The translations under genes and the position numbers were made by a program. From a candidate division FCPU426 bacterium (GTDB lineage: Bacteria; Oederibacteriota; Muellerivitia; Muellerivitales; Muellerivitaceae), in NCBI GenBank assembly GCA_963771075.1, contig CAVYSE010000017.1:32001-96000 (forward strand): a stretch of 64,000 nt of DNA. The letters are read 5' to 3'. Position 1 is the stretch's first letter, and each line of letters begins with the position of its first letter. Positions 1-11,670 of the stretch are shown here, piece after piece. Under the pieces are notes generated by a model, which did not search any database, had not been told where the DNA came from, and saw only the letters and a program-made list of their open reading frames with translations.

Positions 1-570
1 ATCCAAGTCGTAGCCGCTTTTCATACCGTCCTGGTCCATGCTGGTCAGGAGTATCTCCCCTGCGCCCAAACCTACGCCTTCCTTGGCCCATTGGACCGCG
101 TCCTTGCCCGTGGCGATCCGCCCGCCATGGGTGTAAACCTCCCATCCCTTCGCGGGGTCTTGAGGATCCCTTCGTTTCGCATCGATGGCGAGAACAATGC
201 ATTGGGCCCCGAATTTCTCGGCCCCCTCCTTCAAAACGATAGGATTTTCCACCGCGCGGGTGTTCAGCGAAACCTTGTCCGCGCCGGACTTCAGGAGTGT
301 CCGGATATCGTCAGTGGTTCGAACACCCCCGCCCACCGTCAGTGGCATAAATACCGCCTCGGCGGTGCGGGTGACCACATCCAGGAGAATGTCGCGTTTT
401 TCGAAGGAAGCGGTGATATCGAGAAAAACCAGCTCATCGGCCTGCTCGGCGTCGTATTGTTTGGCGATCTCCACCGGATCCCCGGCGTCACGCAAATTCT
501 GGAATTTGACGCCCTTGACCACCCGGCCTTCCTTGACGTCCAGACAGGGGATGATTCTTTTCGCTAACAT
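1..570 (-). CDS. hisF: Imidazole glycerol phosphate synthase cyclase subunit (3' end runs off window)
   Basis: Manual translation from ATG at 570: [34 protein letters not shown]; abuts hisA stop; not in ORF track because it lacks a stop. Confidence 0.95.
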   Translation of the reverse strand, partial: MLAKRIIPCLDVKEGRVVKGVKFQNLRDAGDPVEIAKQYDAEQADELVFLDITASFEKRDILLDVVTRTAEAVFMPLTVGGGVRTTDDIRTLLKSGADKVSLNTRAVENPIVLKEGAEKFGAQCIVLAIDAKRRDPQDPAKGWEVYTHGGRIATGKDAVQWAKEGVGLGAGEILLTSMDQDGMKSGYDLD

Positions 571-1347
571 TTAATTCGATTTCTTTTTCTTGGTTTTCGC
601 CTTGGGAGCTTTGGGAGCCGGGGGCTCGGTGGCGATCTTGATGGCCTGTTTCAAATCAATTTTGCCCGTGTAAAGCGCCTTTCCGATGATGACCGAGCTG
701 ATGCCGTACTTTTCAAGCCTCTTGGCATGCTCAATGTCCCGGTAGCTGGAAATACCGCCCGAAACGATCACGGGTATCTGGACCGCGACGGATAGTTCCT
801 TGGTACTTTTGAAATTGGGCCCCTCCAGCATTCCATCCCGCTGGATATCCGTGAAAATAATGGAGCCAACGCCCAAATCGGCCATTTCCTTGGCCAAATC
901 GACCGCGTTGACCTTCGTGACCTGCTTCCAACCCTTGATGGCCACCATTCCCTTTTTGGCGTCGATCCCTGCGATAATGGCTTTTCCATATTCGGCTACG
1001 GCTTCCTTCACGAATTCTTTGTTTTGGACCGCTGAGGTTCCCAGGATCACCGAGGTCACCCCCAGGTTCATGACCTTCTCAATGGTCTTCAAATCGCGGA
1101 TGCCGCCCCCCACCTGCACTTTCATGTCGGTGGCCTTGATGATTTCCTTCACGTATTCCAGGTTGCTGAGTTTTCCGGAAAAGGCCCCATCCAAATCAAT
1201 GACATGCAGCCTTTTGGCGCCCTTAAGCTTCCAGAGCTTGGCGACGGAGACCGGCTCCTGGGAATATACCGTCTCGTCACGCAAATCGCCCTGAACAAGC
1301 CGGACGCAGCGCCCCTTCCTCAGATCGATCGCGGGAATCACGTACAT
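571..1347 (-). CDS. hisA: ProFAR isomerase
   Basis: VIPAIDLRKGRCVRLVQG, HVIDLDGA, QVGGGIR, TDIQRDGML motifs. Confidence 0.96.
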   Translation of the reverse strand: MYVIPAIDLRKGRCVRLVQGDLRDETVYSQEPVSVAKLWKLKGAKRLHVIDLDGAFSGKLSNLEYVKEIIKATDMKVQVGGGIRDLKTIEKVMNLGVTSVILGTSAVQNKEFVKEAVAEYGKAIIAGIDAKKGMVAIKGWKQVTKVNAVDLAKEMADLGVGSIIFTDIQRDGMLEGPNFKSTKELSVAVQIPVIVSGGISSYRDIEHAKRLEKYGISSVIIGKALYTGKIDLKQAIKIATEPPAPKAPKAKTKKKKSN

Positions 1348-1350
1348 AAT

Positions 1351-1959
1351 TTAGCCCACCAATTCCTTGAAATTTTCATAGATGCGCAATCCCGCCTCTT
1401 GGCTCTTCTCGGGGTGGAACTGCGTTCCAAAGATGTTGTCCCGCCAAACCATGCAGGTGAAGTCAACGTCATATTGGCACTTGGCCGCGGTGATGGATTC
1501 ATCATCCGGAACCACGTAATAGGAATGAACGAAATAGAGGTAAGCGCCCTCTTTCAACCCCTTGAGGAGGGGGTTGCCCGGTTTCGTCGCGCGAATCTGG
1601 TTCCAACCCATATGGGGCACCTTCTGGCCCTGGTTGAATTTGACGACCCGGCCCGGGAAAACCCCTAAACCCTTGGACAAGCCAAACTCCTCGCTCTCCG
1701 CGAAGAGCATTTGAAGCCCGACGCATACGCCCAAGAACGGTTTGCCCGAGGCGATGAAATCCTCGATGGCTTTGGCGAGGTCGGATCGGTGCATGGCGTC
1801 CATGGAATCCTTGAAAGCGCCCACGCCGGGCAATACCACTCCGTCCGACCCGGCCACGTCTTTCCAGTCGGAAGTCACGCGGGTTTGGGCGCCCACTTTC
1901 TCGAGCGCCTTCGCCACGCTGTGAAGGTTTCCCACGCCGTAATCGACAACGGTGATCAT
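1351..1959 (-). CDS. hisH: IGP synthase glutamine amidotransferase subunit
   Basis: [32 protein letters not shown]. Confidence 0.96.
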   Translation of the reverse strand: MITVVDYGVGNLHSVAKALEKVGAQTRVTSDWKDVAGSDGVVLPGVGAFKDSMDAMHRSDLAKAIEDFIASGKPFLGVCVGLQMLFAESEEFGLSKGLGVFPGRVVKFNQGQKVPHMGWNQIRATKPGNPLLKGLKEGAYLYFVHSYYVVPDDESITAAKCQYDVDFTCMVWRDNIFGTQFHPEKSQEAGLRIYENFKELVG

Positions 1960-1974
1960 CCACCCGCTCCGCTT

Positions 1975-2569
1975 CTAAAGATTGCCCTTGGTCGAAGGAA
2001 CTCCCCTTACCTGTCCATCCCGGGCCACGGCCATCTTGAGGGCCCGCGCGAAACTCTTGAAGGCCGCCTCGACGATGTGGTGGCTGTTTCGCCCGTGAAT
2101 TTTTTCCAGGTGCAGGTTGAACTTGCCGTTGTCGACAACCGCCTTGAAGAAATCCTCCACCAGTTCGGTATCGAAGGTTCCAATGCGCTTCTTGACGTTC
2201 AGGTCGAGGACAAAATTCATGTAACTGCGGCCGCTGAGGTCCACCACGGTGCGCACCAAGGCCTCGTCCAGGGGCACGTAAAAATGTCCGATACCGACCG
2301 ATTCCCGCCTTGTCGCCCAGGGCCTTGTCCAGGGCTGCCCCTAAGCAGATGCCGATATCCTCCACCGTGTGGTGATCGTCGACGTGGGTGTCGCCCTTGG
2401 CGATGACTTTCAAGTCAAATCCGCTGTGTTTGCTGAAGGCTTCCAGCATGTGGGTCAAAAAAGGCACGGGAGTCTTCACCTGGTGGATTCCGGAGCCATC
2501 CAGGTTCAACGTGAGTTCGATGTCGGTTTCTTTGGTTTTGCGTTTGAGGGAAGCGGTTCGTTTGGGCAT
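1975..2569 (-). CDS. hisB: Imidazoleglycerol-phosphate dehydratase, split by a +1 frameshift near 2290
   Basis: N-half RKTKETDI...[10 protein letters not shown]...GIGRY; C-half [11 protein letters not shown]...[11 protein letters not shown]...PSTKG; span 595 = 3n+1. Confidence 0.9.
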
Positions 2570-2594
2570 GGAAAGCTCCAGGGGCCTTCCCTTT

Positions 2595-3668
2595 TTACCG
2601 GCTCTTCAGGAGGCCTTTTAACTCCCGCAGCAGATGGTCGTTCTGGTCGGGGGTTCCCACCGTGACCCGGAAGCATTGTCTTAATCTCGGATGGGGGAAG
2701 TATCTTACCAAAATAAGTTTTCTTTTGAGATTTTTGTAAAGGGCTTCCGCGCGGACGCCCGGGGGGCAATGGGCAAGCAAGAAATTTGCCTGACTCAAGG
2801 GCACCATAAAACCCAGGTCACGCAATTCTTTAATCAGGCGGGTTCTCTCGTTCTTTAAAAGCTTAATTTTCGCTTTTTGCTCCAGAATTCCCTGGTAGCC
2901 CAATGCTTCCAGCGCGAGTCCCTGGGTGATTCGATTCACGTTATAGGAATCCTTGACCTTTAAAAGCTGGACGATGACTTCGGGATGGCCAAAAACATAT
3001 CCCATGCGGGCCCCGGCCAGGGAAAAGGATTTGGACATGGTGCGAAGTACCAAAACATTCGGGTGTTTCTTTGCCAGGGAAAGGCAATCGCTTTCCGCGA
3101 AATCCACATAGGCCTCGTCGATCAAGACCAGGCCTTTTGTTTTCGAGCAAAAGGCGGCCATGTTCATCGCGTCAAAACAATTCCCCACGGGCGGGTTGGG
3201 ATGGCCCCATAGGGTAAGCCGGGCTCGGGGCGAGAATTTTTCAAAGGGCAGTTGATATTTCCCGTCTAACGGGACCTCTTGGATCTTCGCCTCGCTGATC
3301 TCGGCTAAAACAGGGTATAGGCTGTAGGTCAAATCAGGGTATTGGACCAAGTCGCCCTTGCCCACACAGGCCCTAAATAAGATGGAAAGGATCTCGTCCG
3401 ATCCGTTCCCCACCAGAATGCCCTCGGCTGGCCACCGGTAATGTTTGGAAAGGGCTCGGCGAAGAGTATGGGCGGTGGGTTCCGGGTAAAGGCGCAATCG
3501 GAAATCGCCCAATTTTCCAACGGCCTTTTGAACGGCCTTGGCCGGGGCATAGGGATTTTCATTGGTATTAAGTTTGATGGTCCGCAGGTTGGCGGGCTGT
3601 TCGCCAGGTGTGTAACCTTCCATCTTGATGATCGCGGGACGGAACCAATTTTTGAGTTTCTTGTTCAT
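2595..3668 (-). CDS. hisC: Histidinol-phosphate aminotransferase
   Basis: [36 protein letters not shown]. Confidence 0.95.
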   Translation of the reverse strand: MNKKLKNWFRPAIIKMEGYTPGEQPANLRTIKLNTNENPYAPAKAVQKAVGKLGDFRLRLYPEPTAHTLRRALSKHYRWPAEGILVGNGSDEILSILFRACVGKGDLVQYPDLTYSLYPVLAEISEAKIQEVPLDGKYQLPFEKFSPRARLTLWGHPNPPVGNCFDAMNMAAFCSKTKGLVLIDEAYVDFAESDCLSLAKKHPNVLVLRTMSKSFSLAGARMGYVFGHPEVIVQLLKVKDSYNVNRITQGLALEALGYQGILEQKAKIKLLKNERTRLIKELRDLGFMVPLSQANFLLAHCPPGVRAEALYKNLKRKLILVRYFPHPRLRQCFRVTVGTPDQNDHLLRELKGLLKSR

Positions 3669-3742
3669 GGATATACCTTTTATCAGGAAGTTTTAGAGGT
3701 TGAATTCAGCAATCTTTAATAAAACCTCAAGCCAAAGACAAT

Positions 3743-3846
3743 TTTCACCGCCAAGTCGCAAAGTTCGCCAAGAAAGGCAAAAGAAAAGTTTCAAAATTTT
3801 TGTCTCTTACGTTGTTCTTGGCGTCCTTGGCGTCTTGGCGGTTAAA
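3743..3846. repeat. Intergenic inverted-repeat element (copy A)
   Basis: TTTCACCGCCAAGTCGCAAAGTTCGCCAAGAA ... TTCTTGGCGTCCTTGGCGTCTTGGCGGTTAAA around an AT-rich spacer. Confidence 0.8.
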
Positions 3847-3876
3847 TGGTTTTTGTTAGACTTTTGGATCTAGAAG

Positions 3877-5229
3877 TCAATTAACTCTTGCTTTGAGACG
3901 CAAGAGGACGCTTCGGGCGTGCGCGCCCAGGCCTTCCTTTTCGGCAAAATCAGCCGTGGCTTGTCCATAAGCCTTTAAGCCCGCGGGATGCATTTCCAAA
4001 TGGTTAGTTCGCTTGAGAAAGTCATAGACGGAAAGCCCCGAGGCATAGCGTGCCGTACCGCCCGTGGGAAGCACGTGGTTAGGCCCGGCGGTGTAATCGC
4101 CAAAGGCCTCGGCGCTCAAAGCCCCTATGAAAAGGGCCCCGGCATGTCTTAATCCGCCCACCCAAGACCTGGTTTCCCTCACCAACAGTTCCAAGTGCTC
4201 AGGCGCGAAACGGTTGGCAAAATCCATCGCTTGGGCTTTGGAAGAAGCCACCAATATGGCTCCCCGGCTTTTAATGGAAGCGGAGGCGATGAGTTCGCGT
4301 TTTAAGAGTTTCACCTGGCGGTCCACCTCGCGAGAAACTTCTTGGGCATAACTTTCATTCAAGGAAACTAAAAGGGGCATGGCCATCTCGTCATGTTCGG
4401 CCTGGGCCAAAAGGTCAGCCGCGGCCCAGGAGGCGGGCGCGGAACCGTCGGCGATGATTAAAACCTCGCTAGGACCTGGAAACCCATCGATTCCTACCTG
4501 GCCGAAGACCTTGCGTTTGGCCAAGGCCACGAAGAGGTTGCTGGGGCCGGTAATCTTGTCAACCGCCGGAACGGTTTTCGTGCCATAAGCTAGGGCCGCG
4601 ATGGCTTGGGCACCGCCGATTTTGTAAATTTGATCGGCTCCTGAAAGGTAGGCCGCCGCCAATACTGCGGGGGGCACCTTCCCGTCCTTCTTAACGGGCG
4701 TGACAACGATGGTTTCCTTCACCCCGGCCACCTTGGCGGGAACCACATTCATGATGACCGAGGAAGGATAAGCGGCCAGGCCGCCCGGCACATAGAGCCC
4801 CACCCGGTCCAAGGGAATCCACCTTTGGCCCACCATGGCCTCTTTGCCGCCATAGAACCAATCCTTGGGTTTTTCCCTGAGGTGAAAGGCTTTGACGTTC
4901 TTGATGGCGATTCGCAGGGCTTTCATAAGGGAAGGGCTGATGGCATTCAAGGCCGCCTTGATTTCAGCGGGCGCGACCTTGAGGTTGCGGGAATTGGCTG
5001 AAAACCCGTCGAAAGAACGGCAATACTTGAAAAGGGCGGTATCCCCCTTCTTTTTCACGTCCTGGACGATACGCTCGACGGCCTGCTCGGGGGTTAAATC
5101 ACGGCCGAAAACTTTACGAGTCAGGGCCGAGCGGCTCCCCGCGCCCTTGAGTTCCACCAGGGCCTCTCGGCGCACAAGTTTCTCTATGCTTTTGTGATCG
5201 GTTTTTTTATTGAAGTGAAGTATTCGCAT
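3877..5229 (-). CDS. hisD: Histidinol dehydrogenase
   Basis: VGLYVPGG, GGAQAIAALAYG, GPSE, DLLAQAEHD, APEHLEL, GDYTAGPNHVLPT. Confidence 0.96.
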   Translation of the reverse strand: MRILHFNKKTDHKSIEKLVRREALVELKGAGSRSALTRKVFGRDLTPEQAVERIVQDVKKKGDTALFKYCRSFDGFSANSRNLKVAPAEIKAALNAISPSLMKALRIAIKNVKAFHLREKPKDWFYGGKEAMVGQRWIPLDRVGLYVPGGLAAYPSSVIMNVVPAKVAGVKETIVVTPVKKDGKVPPAVLAAAYLSGADQIYKIGGAQAIAALAYGTKTVPAVDKITGPSNLFVALAKRKVFGQVGIDGFPGPSEVLIIADGSAPASWAAADLLAQAEHDEMAMPLLVSLNESYAQEVSREVDRQVKLLKRELIASASIKSRGAILVASSKAQAMDFANRFAPEHLELLVRETRSWVGGLRHAGALFIGALSAEAFGDYTAGPNHVLPTGGTARYASGLSVYDFLKRTNHLEMHPAGLKAYGQATADFAEKEGLGAHARSVLLRLKARVN

Positions 5230-5275
5230 TTCAAGCCTTATTCAAAGTTCTTAAAAACAATTTCTTTTTTCGTCG

Positions 5276-5337
5276 TTCTTGGCGGCCTTGGCGCGATGCA
5301 AGCTTGCCCCCGTAGGGGGCGCATCGTGGCGGTGAAA
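5276..5337. repeat. Single arm of the inverted-repeat element (copy B) interrupted by a nested hairpin
   Basis: TTCTTGGCGGCCTTGGCG-[CGATGC..GCCCCC-GTA-GGGGGC-GCATCG]-TGGCGGTGAAA. Confidence 0.65.
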
Positions 5338-5350
5338 TATGGTTAAAGTC

Positions 5351-6610
5351 TCAATCCACCCGTTGGATATCGGCGCCAAGGGCCGATAACTTGGCTTCGA
5401 TTCTCTCATAACCCCTGTCCAAATGGTAAATGCGTTGGACCAGAGTTTCACCCTCTGCCATCAACCCAGCCAAAATGAGGGCCGCGCTGGCCCGAAGGTC
5501 CGAGGCCATGACGGGCGCGCCGGAAAGTTTCGGCACCCCCTTCACCACCGCGTATGAACGGTCAATGGTAATGTCCGCGCCCATGCGGTTCAGCTCAAAA
5601 ACGTGCATGAAACGGTTTTCCCATATTGTTTCGGTCACCAGGCTGACCCCATCCACCACCGCCAAAAGCGCCATGATCTGGGCCTGCATGTCCGTGGGAA
5701 AACCGGGATAGGGCAAAACCATGATGTTGGCGGGCCGGTATGTCCCATTTCCACTAACGCGAATTCCTTGGGCGGATTCCTCTACCTTTGCCCCAATGGC
5801 CCTCAATCTTTCCGTAACGGCTTCGAGATGCTTGGGTTCGGCCTTGGTCAACAGCACGTCGCCCCGGGTAATAGCCGCGGCGGTCATGAAGGTGCCTGCC
5901 TCCACCCGGTCTGGGATCACGGAATAGAAGACACCCTTCAGGGTTTTTCTACCCGGGATGACCAAACGGGAAGTTCCCCCTCCCTCAATCTGGGCGCCCA
6001 TCGCGTTCAAGAAACGAATGAGTTCTTCCACTTCAGGTTCAGAGGAAGCCCCCTCGATGACGGTAGTCCCTTCGGCAGCAGTGGCAGCCATTGTCACGTT
6101 GACGGTGGCGCCCACACTGGGACCGTGCGGCCCGGCAAGGTGGATAGTAGCTCCCTTCAGCTTGGAAGCCTTGGCGTGAACATAACCATGCTGGATGGTG
6201 ACCTTGGCGCCCAACTGTTCCACACCTTTCAGGTGAAGGTCGATGGGCCGTGCCCCGATGGCACATCCGCCGGGCAGGGAAACCTTGGCTTCTCCCAGCT
6301 TAGCCAGGCAGGCCCCGAGGGAATAAATGGAAGCCCGCATGGTCTTCACGAGTTCATAAGGCGCTTCGAACTGGTTGAACCCGGCGGGGTTGATCTGTAA
6401 CTGATGGTCTTTCATCTCCACATGGGCACCCAGGCGGCGCAACACCTCGGCCATGGTCTTGATGTCATTTAAGAGGGGTATGTTGGAAAGGGAGGAGGGG
6501 CTGTCGGCCAATAGGGCGGCCGTCATAACCGGCAGGGTGGCGTTCTTGGACCCGCTGATTTCGACCGTTCCCCGAAGGGGTTTTCCGCCGCGCACGAGGA
6601 TCTTTTGCAC
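5351..6610 (-). CDS. murA: UDP-N-acetylglucosamine 1-carboxyvinyltransferase
   Basis: SGSKNATLP, KTMRAS, LPGGCAIGARPIDLHLKG, PGFPTDMQ, DLRASAAL, HLDRGYE; probable GTG start at 6610. Confidence 0.96.
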   Translation of the reverse strand: MQKILVRGGKPLRGTVEISGSKNATLPVMTAALLADSPSSLSNIPLLNDIKTMAEVLRRLGAHVEMKDHQLQINPAGFNQFEAPYELVKTMRASIYSLGACLAKLGEAKVSLPGGCAIGARPIDLHLKGVEQLGAKVTIQHGYVHAKASKLKGATIHLAGPHGPSVGATVNVTMAATAAEGTTVIEGASSEPEVEELIRFLNAMGAQIEGGGTSRLVIPGRKTLKGVFYSVIPDRVEAGTFMTAAAITRGDVLLTKAEPKHLEAVTERLRAIGAKVEESAQGIRVSGNGTYRPANIMVLPYPGFPTDMQAQIMALLAVVDGVSLVTETIWENRFMHVFELNRMGADITIDRSYAVVKGVPKLSGAPVMASDLRASAALILAGLMAEGETLVQRIYHLDRGYERIEAKLSALGADIQRVD

Positions 6611-6635
6611 GAAAAGCTCCCAAAAACAAAAAATG

Positions 6636-6770
6636 AACCGCGAAGACGCGAAGGACACGAAGAAAAGCTTTAAATAAAAAAACCGTCCCCATGAGACGGC
6701 CTTTTTAAAAATCGGATTATTTTAAAACCAATCTTCGTCTTTGCCTTAAACTTCGCGTCTTCGCGGTGAA
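6636..6770. repeat. Intergenic inverted-repeat element (copy C)
   Basis: AACCGCGAAGACGCGAAG ... CTTCGCGTCTTCGCGGTGAA. Confidence 0.8.
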
Positions 6771-6780
6771 AAAATAAAAA

Positions 6781-7171
6781 GAAGCAGGTCATAAGCCGAA
6801 TTCTGTCAATGTGATCATTTCTCTGGCGGGAACCGTTACCGGTCCCGTCCTATAGCGATCTTACCCGAAGGCCTCCCTTTCCAGTGAAGGAACGGGATAA
6901 GGCGGACCGCCTTGAAGCCTCCCTATTTGATCTTGCTCCGGATGGGGTTTGCCGTGCCGTCTGCATTGCTGAAGACGCGGTGGGCTCTTACCCCACCTTT
7001 TCACCCTTACCCCAAGAAGCCTTGCGGCCCCTTGCGGCGGTATATTCTCTGTGGCACTTTCCTTCACCTTTTGAGGGGTGACCGGGCGTTACCCGGCATC
7101 CTGTCCTTTGGAGTTCGGACTTTCCTCGGCGGCAGGGGAAACCCCAGCCGACGCGATCACAGACCTGCTTC
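6781..7171 (-). ncRNA. rnpB: RNase P RNA (bacterial type A)
   Basis: Minus strand has GAGGAAAGTCCG, GGAAAGTGCCACAGA, GGTAAGAGCCCAC, GAGCAAG and 3' ACAGAATTCGGCTTA; terminal P1 pairing GAAGCAGGTC/GACCTGCTTC. Confidence 0.96.
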
Positions 7172-7243
7172 CACGGGTCATGATAGGGGGAAAAGAGGGC
7201 AAAATCCAGCGGGAGTAACCTGCGATATCAGGCCCTGGTTGGC

Positions 7244-7651
7244 TCAGTTGCCCGCGAAATGCTTGTCGATGCCTTCATTGGAAAGCCGGTCGGCGTGCTT
7301 ATTTTCTTCCCGGGGCACATGGGTATAGCCATTGCACTTTATAAACTTCAGGTATTCCTTGGCCTTCTGATGAAGGGGAATGATGCCAGGATGCTTCACT
7401 TTGTAGATGCCCTTGAGTTGCCGGATCATCAGCTCGCTGTCGGCATAAATCTCGATGGGTTCCAGCTTTTTCTTCACGCAATAATCCAGCGCCGCCAGTA
7501 GAGCGGAGTATTCAGCCACATTATTGGTGGTTTCCCCAATGTACTCAGCGATCTCATGAACTACCTTGCCGTCTTTGAAGATAACAGCACCGATACCCGC
7601 CGGACCCGGGTTTCCCCGCGAAGCACCGTCACTGTAAATTTGGAATGACAT
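7244..7651 (-). CDS. rnhA: Ribonuclease HI family protein
   Basis: SDGASRGNPGPAG, TNNVAEY, DSEL, HVPREENKHADRL. Confidence 0.9.
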   Translation of the reverse strand: MSFQIYSDGASRGNPGPAGIGAVIFKDGKVVHEIAEYIGETTNNVAEYSALLAALDYCVKKKLEPIEIYADSELMIRQLKGIYKVKHPGIIPLHQKAKEYLKFIKCNGYTHVPREENKHADRLSNEGIDKHFAGN

Positions 7652-7797
7652 TTTCACACCCGCCTTCTTGAACAAACAAGTTCTGGAATAACACCCATAA
7701 GGTTAAGACAAAAATCCAACAAAAAAGAGACTAAAGGTGATAAATTTTAGCCAGCACTATCTTCATCATATTGATTTTGTTATTTTCAAGGCACCCT

Positions 7798-9078
7798 ATG
7801 TCCTACACCACCGATTCAAACGAACTCGATCTCCAACTGATGCTTGAACGTGAATTGGTTGAAGTCCACTTTCAGCCCATTTTTTCCATTCGCGAGAAAA
7901 AAATTGTTGGTTTTGAGGCCCTTTCCAGGGGAATCCTTCCCGTTTCCGGCAAGTTGGTTCCTCCCCTTCCCCTGATGAAACTGGCCCGTGAGGTCGGATT
8001 GGCAATGGAGTTGGACAGGCTCTTTCGCAAAAAAATATTGGAGGCTTTCCGCGACTGCTGTCCCAATCCCCACGATCTTTTCCTGAGCCTCAATTTCGAG
8101 ACGTCGATCCTCAACAAGGAAGTGGGCACCCTGCAACTGATCCATCTTTGCCGGGAGCTTAACCTGGACCCTTCCACCATCATCATTGAAATCCTGGAAT
8201 CGAGGGTGAAAAATCAGGAGGACCTCCGGAAGTTTGTCCATATTCACCGGGAACACGGCTTCCTGATCGCCCTGGACGATGTGGGCAAAGGCCATTCCAA
8301 TTTCGATCGTATCGCCGCCATTCAGCCCGACCTGATCAAAATCGACCGAAGCCTGATTGAAAACTTCCAGGAGGATTACTTCCGCCAGGAAACTTTCAAA
8401 TCCCTCGTGCACTTGTCCCAAAAGATCGGGGCGCTCGTCCTGGCCGAGGGCGTGGAATCCGAGGAAGAGACCTTGAAATCCCTGGAACTGGGTGTCGACC
8501 TGCTCCAGGGCTATTTCTTTTCCAGGCCCCAGGAACCCAGCGTCGATTTCGTGGGTCTCATCACGAGCATATTGGACCCCGTGGCCGATAAATTCAAAAA
8601 AAGGATGGTTGAAAAATACAACATCCGGAAGCTCCAGCACGAGCGGTTCAGCCTCATGGTGGAAAACCTGGTGCACGATTTTTCCAAGATGTCCGAGGGA
8701 GAAATGGACGGAAAATTAGACCAGGCGCTGTCGAACAACCCCTTTGCCAAGGCGGTTTACGTGCTGGATCAAAAGGGCATTCAGTGTTCCCGCATCGCCT
8801 GCTCGGATGGGCCAAAACCGCGCAAGGGAATTTTCCGCCTCTCCGATAAGGGCACCGACTATTCCACCCGGGATTATTGTTATGGATTAATGGACCCGGG
8901 CTCCAAGCGGGAAACCTTCACGAGCGAGCCTTATATTTCTCCCGCGACCGGCCTCTTCTGCCTGACCATTTCCGCTAAGTTCAAGGACAAAAAGGGCACC
9001 CCCTTGATCCTGTGCGTGGACGTGGTGCCCACCTACCTGAAGAACATGAGCCGGATCATGACCCTCTTCGAGGGTTAA
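7798..9078 (+). CDS. EAL-domain c-di-GMP phosphodiesterase with C-terminal sensor-like (YkuI-like) domain
   Basis: FQPI, FEAL, EILE, IALDDVG, KID, AEGVE, QGYFFSRP; C-terminal SEPYISPATG. Confidence 0.85.
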   Translation: MSYTTDSNELDLQLMLERELVEVHFQPIFSIREKKIVGFEALSRGILPVSGKLVPPLPLMKLAREVGLAMELDRLFRKKILEAFRDCCPNPHDLFLSLNFETSILNKEVGTLQLIHLCRELNLDPSTIIIEILESRVKNQEDLRKFVHIHREHGFLIALDDVGKGHSNFDRIAAIQPDLIKIDRSLIENFQEDYFRQETFKSLVHLSQKIGALVLAEGVESEEETLKSLELGVDLLQGYFFSRPQEPSVDFVGLITSILDPVADKFKKRMVEKYNIRKLQHERFSLMVENLVHDFSKMSEGEMDGKLDQALSNNPFAKAVYVLDQKGIQCSRIACSDGPKPRKGIFRLSDKGTDYSTRDYCYGLMDPGSKRETFTSEPYISPATGLFCLTISAKFKDKKGTPLILCVDVVPTYLKNMSRIMTLFEG

Positions 9079-9096
9079 CCCCGCCAGCCTCTTCCC

Positions 9097-9906
9097 TCAA
9101 AATTTCAGGGCCCGCCGTATCACCAACGCCTCTCCCAGGATTTGCCGGAAGGTCTCGAACGTGATCTGGGTGGCAGAATCCGACTTTGCCTTGGGCGGGT
9201 CGGGATGCACTTCCAAAAAGAGCCCATCCACCCCGGCGGCCACGGCCGCCCGTACCAGAACGGGCACATGCTCCCGGGTTCCCCCGGAGGAAGTCCCCCT
9301 TGCGGCGGGCTGTTGCACGCTGTGGGTTCCGTCAAATATCACCGGACATCCGGTTTTTTGCATTTCGGGAATGCCCCGGTAATCCACCACGAGGTTGTGA
9401 TAACCGAAACTGCTACCCCTCTCGGTAAGCCATACCTGATCCGCCCCAAATGCGTTGAGTTTGTCTACCACGTTTTCCATCTCGCCTGGCGCCATAAACT
9501 GGCCCTTTTTCACGTTGATCACCCGCCGGGTCCTGGCGGCGGCCTGGAGCAGGCTGGTTTGCCGGGAAAGAAAGGCCGGGATCTGGAGGACATCCGCCAC
9601 CCTCGAGGCCGCTTTTACTTCGGCCGCCTCATGCACATCGGTCAGGATGGGAAGACCCAGCTTTTCTTTTATCGTCAGCAAATCGCCCAAACCCTTCCGC
9701 AATCCCGGGCCCCGAAATCCCCGCACGGAGGAGCGGTTCGCCTTGTCGTAAGAAGCCTTGAAGACCAGGGGCACGCCCATTTCCCCCGCGATGTCCTTCA
9801 GGGTCTTGGCGGTCTTGAGGAGGAATTCACGGCCCTCGATGACGCAAGGCCCCGCGATGACGAAAAAACGGCCGCTGATTCCCAGGTTCTTGACTTCGTC
9901 GTTCAT
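9097..9906 (-). CDS. kdsA: KDO8P synthase
   Basis: IAGPCVIE, KASYDKANRSS, QIPAFLSRQT, NVKKGQF, FDGTHSVQ, EVHPDP. Confidence 0.96.
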   Translation of the reverse strand: MNDEVKNLGISGRFFVIAGPCVIEGREFLLKTAKTLKDIAGEMGVPLVFKASYDKANRSSVRGFRGPGLRKGLGDLLTIKEKLGLPILTDVHEAAEVKAASRVADVLQIPAFLSRQTSLLQAAARTRRVINVKKGQFMAPGEMENVVDKLNAFGADQVWLTERGSSFGYHNLVVDYRGIPEMQKTGCPVIFDGTHSVQQPAARGTSSGGTREHVPVLVRAAVAAGVDGLFLEVHPDPPKAKSDSATQITFETFRQILGEALVIRRALKF

Positions 9907-9909
9907 GGT

Positions 9910-11666
<1,757 letters not shown>

Positions 11667-11670
<4 letters not shown>

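Noticed and set aside
1502..2569. 355-aa ORF as an extended HisB or HisB-HisH fusion
   Set aside because: Artefact of the frameshift at about 2290; the sequence after RY is out-of-frame read-through
6861..7328. Short ORFs over 6.8-7.3 kb
   Set aside because: They overlap the RNase P RNA
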